Source: Octopus sinensis
Taxonomy: Eukaryota
Assembly (NCBI RefSeq): GCF_006345805.1
Contig: NW_021836302.1
Coordinates: 1 to 64,000, forward strand
Reading direction: 5' to 3'
Length of the DNA stretch: 64,000 nt
Positions 54,644-64,000 of the stretch are shown piece by piece. Each line of letters opens with the position of its first letter. Position 1 is the stretch's first letter. A program made the position numbers and the translations under genes. The notes under the pieces are model-generated. The model did not search any database. It was not told the origin of the DNA and saw nothing but the letters and a program-made list of their open reading frames with translations.

Positions 54644-55247
54644 GTATAATAATATATATATATATATGTATAATATATATATATATGTATATATATATTA
54701 TATATATATATATATATGTATGTATATATATATATGTATATATATTATATGATAATATATATGTATGTATAATATATATTATATATATTGTATAATAATA
54801 TATATGTATAATATATATAATATTATGTATATATATAGATATGTATATATATATATGTATTATAATTATATGTATATATATGTATGTATATATATATATA
54901 TATATGTATATATATAATATATATGTATATATATATATGTAGACACAATATGGTCCATTATTCAATCGGATTTTGGTAATTTGTGCCTTTCGAAACACGT
55001 GTAGAATGAAATAAAAACGATTCTGGTTCAATCTGCGTTCAGCTCCATTTCTTCAATTCACCAATAATGTTTAATTTCAATATCCGCACCAACGCACGGT
55101 TGCAACGCCAGATGGTTGTACCTCCAACCGTGCTGTTTACTGCTGTGATTTTGCTACTAAGGTATCGGTTAAACTTTTGATTATCTACTACAAGATTATT
55201 CATCTTTCTATTTCACATAATATATTATATATATATATATATATATA

Positions 55248-55423
55248 TTGGCGCAGCATCATTGGCAAGTGTCCTTATACTATAGCCTCGGAACGACCAA
55301 AGATTTGGTAGACGGAAACTGAAAGAAGCTCGTCGTATATATATATATATATATATATATATCTATATATATATATATATATATAGTATATATATATGTA
55401 TATATATATATTTCTATATATAT

Positions 55424-55460
<37 letters not shown>

Positions 55461-55542
55461 TGGCGCAGCATCATTGGCAAGTGTCTTATACTATAGCCTC
55501 GGAACGACAAAGATTTGTAGACGGAACTGAAAGAAGCTCGTC

Positions 55543-55589
<47 letters not shown>

Positions 55590-55614
55590 GTATATATATG
55601 TATATATATATATG

Positions 55615-55648
<34 letters not shown>

Positions 55649-55756
55649 TATATAGTATATATATATATATTGGCGCAGCATCATTGGCAAGTGACTTATA
55701 CTATAGCCTCGGAACGACCAAAGATTTGGTAGACGGAAACTGAAAGAAGCTCGTCG
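55248..55756 (+). repeat. Three tandem copies of a deleted family B SINE fragment, each followed by (TA)n
   Basis: Copies at 55248-55335, 55460-55543 and 55670-55756. Confidence 0.9.
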
Positions 55757-55764
55757 TATATATA

Positions 55765-55840
<76 letters not shown>

Positions 55841-55842
55841 GA

Positions 55843-55886
<44 letters not shown>

Positions 55887-55914
55887 TATATATATATATA
55901 TATGCATATATATA

Positions 55915-56100
55915 TAGTTGAAATTTATAAAAAAACAAAAGACGAAGAGGTGTATGAACAACAAGAAGGTGTATAAGTTTGACGCTCGGGAAAATGAAAA
56001 AGTAATTTACGTTTCGAGCCTAAGCTCTTCAACAGAAAGGAATAAGAGAAAATAAACAGAGACAGAATGAAATAAAATGTTGATTTCAGCAGTCCAGCAT
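55915..56100 (-). mobile_element. Penelope-like terminal repeat fragment with variant hammerhead
   Basis: ttt CTGTTGA agagcttaggctc GAAACGTA aa (56006-56038). Confidence 0.6.
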
Positions 56101-56109
56101 GATATATAT

Positions 56110-56141
<32 letters not shown>

Positions 56142-56399
56142 GATATATATGTAAAACTTTTGAAAGCAGTGTTAGCCTTGTTCAGACTGTCATCGGTTAT
56201 GACAATGGATGATTCAGTCGTTCAATCAACTGAATTACATGCTCATTGACTCAACATATAATTGGCTGCGTATTCCACAGAAACTTATGTACCGAATGCC
56301 GTTCAAAAGCAGTATCAACATGGCACATTGTCAGACGGAGTTGTGCCTTTCAATTAATGACGAAATCCATCCGACGGATATCTGAACGATTTTTATCGA

Positions 56400-56520
56400 G
56401 CCAATTTATTCCAAAGGCACTGACTGACGCAGGGCTATAGTAGAAGGCAGTAGGCCGAGACGCCGTGCAGTTGGACTGAACCCGAAACCACATGGTTAAA
56501 AGCGAGCATCTCAACAATAG
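56400..56520 (-). mobile_element. Degenerate family B SINE
   Basis: ccaaaggc..gggctatagtagaag..ggactgaacccgaaacc. Confidence 0.6.
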
Positions 56521-56922
56521 ACAATTGCTTGTATAAATGATATACATTTCTAAAATAGCTAATTTTCATAATTTAATTTATGAATCCATTTTTTGTGGCG
56601 GATTTCGAAAGTTCTGTCAAAGTTCTAAAGAGATTTGTACAACAACTTGAAACTATTACTTTTATTGATATTTCTGTTATTGTCGCATTACACTAGTTTT
56701 CAATGTTACTGTATATAGACAGCCACTTATGTGCATGATTCTGCTTGCATCTCCGCTGCTGAAGTTATCACGACATCCTAGATTTCCTGACTACCAGAAA
56801 CAATGTGTTCAACACTCTCTGTCTCTCCCTATGTGTGCGTTTAAAAATATATACACACACATTTTTATATACATACATATATGTAAATGTTTATATATAT
56901 GCCTGCGTATATATATGTCTGT

Positions 56923-57548
56923 ATCCTTAAATCCTTAAAAATGTTTTAGCCCGAAGGCCGCAGCCATGCTGGGGCACCACCGCTGAATGAGCTACACTAA
57001 TTTGTGAATCCACCTCTGATACGTGGCACTTGACCAACAAGGGAGTTCGATGCTGCTGCCCGCATCCGCGTCTCCTGTCGTGAGGTAGGTTCATCTGGGA
57101 CTCCCAACAAGAAGAGATCCAGTTTAGTTTTAAAGAAACCCACATCCACACCATGTAAGTCTCTCAGGCATTTAGGGAGGATGTTAAAGAGCTGTGGTCC
57201 TCTGAAACCCAAGCTGTTGCAGTATCTGGACCTGTATTTTGATGGTGATGTTGGAATCCTTGGCACCACGCAGCGGCGCCCCGTTCTGCAGTTGGGGTAA
57301 CTTTGAATGCCAAAGTTTGGGACAAGACTCTCCAGGATTTTCCAGATGTATATCACCGCATATCTCTCCCGCCTCCGCTCTAGGGAGAAGAGGTTTAATA
57401 CCTTCAGTCTTTCCCAGTAGCTGATATTTTGCATTGAGACGATTTTCTTTGTGTAGCTTCTCTGAATTGCTTCGAGTTCTGCTGTTAGTTTTATATTGTG
57501 TGGTGACCACAGTTGGGAGCAGTAGTCCAAGCGGCTGAGGACGAGGAC
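56923..57548 (-). mobile_element. CR1-clade LINE 3' end
   Basis: [63 protein letters not shown]; tandem tail taaggatt. Confidence 0.9.
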
Positions 57549-57621
57549 GATATATATATATATGTATATATATATATGTATATATATATATGTATATATA
57601 TGTATATATATATATATATAT

Positions 57622-57653
<32 letters not shown>

Positions 57654-57681
57654 ACACAACCCCACCATTTATTGATCTATA

Positions 57682-57757
<76 letters not shown>

Positions 57758-58003
57758 GTATATAATATGTATGTATAGATATGTATATGTATGTATATAT
57801 AGTATGTATATATATATGTATGTATATATGTATGTATGTATATATATATGTATATATATATGTATATATATTATATATATATATGTATATATGTATATAT
57901 ATATATATGTATATATATATGTGTATATATATGTATATATATGTATATAAATATATGTGTATATATATGTATATAAATATATGTGTATATATATGTATAT
58001 ATA

Positions 58004-58051
<48 letters not shown>

Positions 58052-58771
58052 TATATATCGTTTATGTTTTCATGTAACCTTTTCACATTAGCTGTATATT
58101 GATTGCATTTACACCATTTTGAGATTGATTCATTTCATTCATATTGTGAGTTCTCTCTAAAACATATCCTAAAATGTAAAAATAATTCCAATATATCTGC
58201 GAAATATTTATAAATACAATTGCTTAATAGCTCATATCTCTACGTATATGTTTCAAGTATATTTTTTCAACGTACTTTACAAAATTTCGAGCGATATTGC
58301 AATGCTATTTCCACACCAAATTAAAAAGTATTTTTGTTCAACATATTTCAGATATATACATAAAACATCTCTTGACTCTAGACTTCCTGACTGGCGAAAA
58401 CAATACATGGAATTCACATCTATATAAAGCTATCTTTTGGAATTACAAAACAGTACGCCTGCAGATAAGCAAGCAATCTACTTCACTGCATGACTTCAAT
58501 ATATTTACTCATCACATCACTCTTCATATTAGTTTTATATATATATATCGTGAAGTATATTTGTCACCTAAATGTGTCTGACACATGTGGGACGATGCTA
58601 CTGTGGTTTATAGTCCCAGAAAGACATCTCCTCCAACTGGCTAACGGCACACTGTGCCCGATCAGTATTTGCGAAGGGAAATCATCGTTCCCATCTCTAG
58701 CCTGACGTGATACACACGGACCTGGGTTTCTGGGTAGTAAACCCGTCATCAGCGTGTGACAATCACCGGCT

Positions 58772-60597
58772 ATTTTCTTTATTACAGACACAAGGCCTAA
58801 ACACAGAGGGGACATACATGGACATGCGGGAACAAAAGAACACATAAAAGAATGTAAAATGAATTAAATTACAATGAATATGAGACGATTTTCTTGGTCC
58901 CGCTCCGAGACGAAACCGTGATTTCTTTTTACATTTAAATCAACGTTCTTACAGTCTTTTTTTTCTGTATAGTTCTTTTTAATTTTCTTTTTCTTTTAAA
59001 CTTTTTAACAGTCTGTTTTCTTTTTTTTTTCTTTTATATAAAACACAAATTGTACTCACTTGCTTTTAAATGTTCATAACGGGTTTCAAATCCTCCAATT
59101 CCACCCAACATGTATCGGGCCTACACTGCAGAGTTCACAAAATCCTTATACATCACCACAGGCGGCAATTCGTCGTATTGAAACCGTTTCCTTGTAATTT
59201 CCATTCTGCTTCCAAATATTTCTTTTAATCTTGCTGCTCTTTCGTTCTCCAGTAGCACTGCTTTCATAATACAGTCCTCTCCATTGTCTGCTAATTTCAC
59301 CCTTATTATGCCTTTCATTTTTGTTATACGCTTTTCCATCTCTACACTTTTCTCGTTTACGACTAACACTCGTTCATGTTTTCTTTTACGTGGCTTTCTC
59401 GGCTGTATTTCTTCACTCGCTACACCAGTAACAGATGTCTTCATTTCTGTTTGTTGTTCGTTTCCTTGTTTCTTCTGTCTTTCCTTCTCCTTACTCGTTG
59501 AAGGCTCTGGCTCTTGAGTTCGATTCTCGGTTGCTCCCTCATTTTTCTTTTCTCTTTTTTCTTCTCTTCCGCCTTTCTTTTCTTTTTCGGTGGAGATTCG
59601 CTATTTCCTTTCTTCTCTACCATTGTAGACTCTGTTTCCTTCTCCGATATCATATTCGCTTCTATCTGACTTCTTTCGTCTACCGCTTCTTGTTCTTGTT
59701 TCTGGGGACAGTTTATCTTCATGTGTCCCCTTACTCCGCATTTAAAGCATATTGGTGGTCTACCCTCCACCATGACTCTCAGTCTGGTCTCATTGGGTAG
59801 GACAATTTCTTCTGTCATTTTGTGGAGTCAGGCAAGCTGATAAGGACCATTACCTCTAGGCCATACCCTCCACCAATTGACCTCCGCTGTCTTGGACATT
59901 TTCAATATTTCCACCTTCTCCTCTGTGTTGTAGAGGGTGGCTGCCATAAGCCAGTCCTCATTAATTTCGGATGGCACTCTCCCTATTCTCACCCTGGCTG
60001 CCCGTCTGCCCGTCTGCCCGTCTTCCACAGTAAGTAGGTAAGAGTGCCCACTGCGCCGGTTTCAAGGCCACGGAAGAGTACTTTTTTTTACTTCGCTCTC
60101 ATTAACGAAGCGTAACTCCACTGTGCCAAACTTTCTCCTCTGTTACAGAAAGTTGTCACTTCCATAACGTCCTTCAAACACCTCTCCATTTCCTCCACGG
60201 CTGCCATTTCCATTTTCTGTGTCGCCATGTTCAACGTTCGACAGGTTATCATTTTTCTTTCGAAACCCTCTGCCACCTCTGGTGGGTATCAATCCCAAAC
60301 ATTCCTCCTCCCTCCTCAATAGGTTGTCAAACTTCTTATAATCTACATTTTCACCTCCAGCTCCTGCACTTGCAGCGGCTCTGCAGTCAGGCTTTTGTCT
60401 GTTACCGCAGGACAACTGCCTGTCCGGGTCTGCTCACTTCCGCTATTCACTGCTTCACCCATAATGGGGAATCCAAACAAAACCTTCAACGACCACAATA
60501 AATTACAAATTTAACAATCACAATTTCAACAATTCAGCAATTCAGCCAAACAAGGCAACGAACCACATGGGAGCTGAATGAAAACACAACCACAAGA
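58772..60597 (-). mobile_element. ORF1-only L1/Tx1-like non-autonomous retroelement with 16-bp TSD
   Basis: RVRIGRVPSEI (RRM-like) and VEGRPPICFKCGVRGHMKINC (CCHC) across frameshifted ORFs 59121-60415. No EN or RT before the 3' end aataaagaaaat. TSD gtgacaatcacc(g/a)gct at 58756-58771 and 60598-60613. Confidence 0.8.
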
Positions 60598-60701
60598 GTG
60601 ACAATCACCAGCTAGCGTTGTGAAAGTAAGTCCAAACGCAAAATACTATATGTTTTTTCCAGTGACAAACTGTCGCTGATCTTGAAACAGGAGAAATAAG
60701 C

Positions 60702-61387
60702 AATAATAAATCTCTGAGCGAGATGTAAACAGTAGCAGCACGACATGGTGAACTATATTTGCCACCTAAATATGGCTGACCCATATGCGACGATGCTACT
60801 GTTGTTTATAGCACCAGGAAGACATCTCCTCCAGCCGGCTATAAACTACAGTACCATCTTCTTCTATGGGTCAGCCACATTTAGGTGGCAAATATACTTA
60901 ACGATGTCATGCTGTTACTGTTTACGGATCTTTTCGGTTTGAACGGCAGTTTTTTCTAGCGGTGTCATATGAAATTGTCACCCATAATTATGACCCTAGT
61001 ATCGATCTATTGCATTTCAATCTGTTTTAGGGTTAGGGTTAGTAAGGGTTAGTTAGGGGTGGGGGAAAGGGTATCTTTTTTTCTTCACTAATGTAAATAA
61101 ACCCAATCTGTTTCTTAACCGAGGGACATATTCATACGGCACGGAATGTTTTCACCTTAATAAACGTCATTGATTGGTTGAAATTGCAGAAATTGAAGAA
61201 AAACAACAACAAATATCTTACAAACTATAGAATTTTTCCAATAAAGCCAAGAGAAAGAGATGTTTTATAAACACATTCTACTAGTATGCGAAGTTTAAAA
61301 GTGTTTAGTTACGTGCAAATTATTAAAAAAAACTGCCGTTCAAACCGAAAAGATCCCTGTTTACATCTCGCTCAGAGATTTATTATT
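60702..61387. mobile_element. Foldback MITE (~255 bp when uninterrupted), split by a second MITE
   Basis: aataataaatctctgagcgagatgtaaacag..tatttgccacctaaat.tggctgacccata pairs with tatgggtcagcc..ggcaaata..ctgtttac / atctcgctcagagatttattatt. A partial copy lies at 58558-58640. Confidence 0.8.
60926..61356. mobile_element. 431-bp MITE with perfect ~29-bp TIRs and 8-bp TSD (Merlin-like)
   Basis: ggatcttttcggtttgaacggcagttttt / aaaaactgccgttcaaaccgaaaagatcc; TSD ctgtttac at 60918-60925 and 61357-61364; internal TTAGGG repeats. Confidence 0.85.
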
Positions 61388-63153
61388 ATATATATGTATG
61401 TAAGTGTGTGTTTGTGTGTGTGTGCGTGTGTGTGTTTAAAGGGTAGTCGTTGTTATGTGTATCTATAATATTCTGGGTTCGACTATTATTAGAAAAGAAA
61501 GAATTGAATGTGCATGTAGACCAAAATATTATATTGTAATGTAACTATTGAAAACTCCAATGCTCTACAATGCCCAAAAGCAAAAACAAAACAAAAACGA
61601 AAAGCAAAACAAAGAAAAGAACACTCCTATCAGCTTCGTAATGAATCCCGTTTTCTCATTTCCTCTCCTTCGTCACCAGATGAGTTTTCACTTTATTTTC
61701 TTTCTAGTTCATTTCTTATGGTTTACATTACTTCGGGGTAAAAACTTCCGATGTTTGAAGCTAGAGAACAGCTCTGTTGCCTCTTAATATTTCACCACCA
61801 TCTTCTAATTGAAAGATTTTTCTGTCATTTGTTTCGATGAGAAATCATTCCAATTAGCTGCTTTGAAATAATGTAAAAAGATATAAGAAAACATGAAAAA
61901 ATATCAAAAATGGTAAAATCTTGTTTTGGGTATTAACTAGAATTCTAATTAAATCTTTGGGCTTCCGCAGGCAAATCCTTTTCATAGCTTGCTGAATCAT
62001 TCGCTGCATATATTTTTAGAAATTAATTTATTTGTTGCAAAGAAGAATATAGAGCTGAAACTCGAATTTATTTCATAATGTTTTTGAAATTATATTTGTT
62101 ATCACCTTGTACATGTGAATATATACATATGCGATATATCATATATATCTATACATGTGTGTGCGCGCCCGAGCATATCTGTGTTTGTGTGTATATACGT
62201 ATGCATATGGTGCAACTTAAATTTGAATTGCGTAACAAATAACCAGTATTTATAATTCCAGATGTATCTCCGTATATCTGAAAGGAAACCGTGCGATGGA
62301 TTCGTATTATATTCTTGATATAATTTGGTTGCATTCTATAGCTGGATATGTCACAGAGCTTTAAAAACCAAAACGGGTGAGTTTTATCATCGTACGTCCG
62401 TTTCATTCGCAAAGTTAGATTATCAGTTATATAAATTATATAACACATTGTAAAATCTTCAGAGATGCGTAACTCCTATTCGTAATACAAACTATATAAT
62501 CCAGTGGTGTTAGCAAGTCTTCAGAGGTGCATATCTTTCGTCCATAATTTTACGTTTAAAAAATAGGATTAGTGATAATGTTACGATCACTGGCTCACTA
62601 AGGACTGCCATTAAGTAGGTGAAGAATTTAGTTTATATATTTGGCATTTGGTGGCGGAAAACCTTATCGGAGACAAAAAAAGGGAAAATTAGAAAGGAAG
62701 ATTTTGCGTTGCCAAACGACTCTGATGTTTCTAACTAAAGTTTTAACACTTATATTCACTAGGACAATAAGGCGATTGAAATTAGGATATTTAACGTAAC
62801 TATGTACATTGTCGTAGGCTTAATGTTATTTCTTAATTAAGTGCCTCCTATGATGTTCCAATCTATGCTAAATCTACAGTAGATATAGTTTACAGATATA
62901 ATATTAAAAATTCTTAGAACGATGCCGAAGAAAGCTCTACATTACGACAGATGAAAGACTGAGTCTATAGCAACCTAGATAAGACCACTTTTCTGAATAT
63001 AATGGTGTATAATAATGATAATTCAACATCTTGGAAATTCAAGACGCTCTTGCTTTCTATTTTATAACATTTGAATTTTATATAAATTAGCTCTATGCTT
63101 TACCTCCCGAATACGGATACCGCCTTATTTTTGATATCAATACGATTGTATTC

Positions 63154-63221
<68 letters not shown>

Positions 63222-63293
63222 GTCTATCTATCTATCTATATCTATCTATCTATCTGTCTGTCAGTCTATCTGTCTGTCTGTGTGCCTGCCTGC

Positions 63294-63363
<70 letters not shown>

Positions 63364-63619
63364 GTATCTATCTAGAAACACACATACATATGCGTATGTA
63401 TGTGCGTTTGTATTTATGGTGAAGATACGTGACTTAGGGGTTGGGACGTTCAACTTACGATCGTAATGTTGTGCACTCGTTTCTTGGTCCAGGCAGAAGG
63501 TTTGGCACTTCATTTCTCTTTGTTCCAGTGTACTCAGCTGAAAAGATATATCATCTACTGCTAGTGCAGCTCTTTATTTCTGTAGTTGTTACACCTACAA
63601 TGCTCTACCATGTCAAAGC

Positions 63620-63880
63620 TAGAAATCCCGCGTATGTATCGATGCTTACGACTAGATTGAGATATAGAACAATCAGTGGAACTATGGGAATTAGTTAATA
63701 CAGTTCTATATTTAAGAGATGAGGAATTATGTACATTATTTACATTATTTACAATTGACGGATATTTGTCCTCAACTTGTTTGTTGTTAACACAACGTTT
63801 CGGCTTATATACCCTCCGGCCTTCATTAGGTGTCTTGGGGAAATTTCGAACCTGGGTTCTCATTCCTAAGGTATTTTTCG
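63620..63880 (-). mobile_element. Penelope-like terminal repeat fragment with mutated hammerhead (63790-63833)
   Basis: acac CTAATGA a ggc..gcc GAAACGT T gtgt. Confidence 0.6.
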
Positions 63881-64000
63881 TTCTTCTTCTTCTTCTTCTT
63901 CTTCTTCTTCTTCTTCTTCTCTTCTTCTTCTTCTTCTTCTTCTTCTTCTTCTCTTCTTCTTCTTCTTCTTCTTCTTCTTCTTCTTCTTCTTCTTCTTCTT
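63881..64000. repeat. (CTT)n microsatellite running off the window
   Basis: Direct observation. Confidence 0.95.

Noticed and set aside
61027-61065. Telomere or chromosome-fusion scar
   Set aside because: Only a few degenerate TTAGGG units, and they lie inside a TIR-bounded MITE.
62262-62376. Possible exon ending CGG/GTGAGT with ATG TCA CAG AGC
   Set aside because: Good donor, but all frames from the upstream acceptor contain stops and there is no supporting exon chain; needs RNA-seq.

Overview
AT-rich, microsatellite-saturated eukaryotic non-coding DNA. The repeat families (tRNA-derived SINEs with CORE-like or Meta-like cores, very abundant TA/TATG/TCTA/ATT tracts) point to an Octopus-like cephalopod genome (inference). 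I found no convincing host protein-coding gene; most listed ORFs are translated microsatellites. Recognisable coding remnants all come from transposons: R4/Dong-clade RLE LINEs inserted in ATT tracts (2.2-5.3 kb, one with a twin-priming-type 5' inversion), two CR1 3' ends, a Tc1 DD37E element, two maT DD37D elements, a mariner fragment, a Penelope-like RT fossil, and a TSD-flanked ORF1-only L1/Tx1-like element. The most striking layer is structured RNA. About 14 hammerhead-ribozyme (HHR) motifs are present, including one intact extended type I HHR at 9454-9553 (-). Several long foldback elements sit in (TA)n tracts with an outward-pointing HHR in each arm. There is also a 26-bp pre-miRNA-like hairpin (5449-5514) and a near-perfect 275-bp inverted duplication of unique-looking sequence. 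All alignments and folds were done by eye, and coordinates of degenerate elements are approximate.
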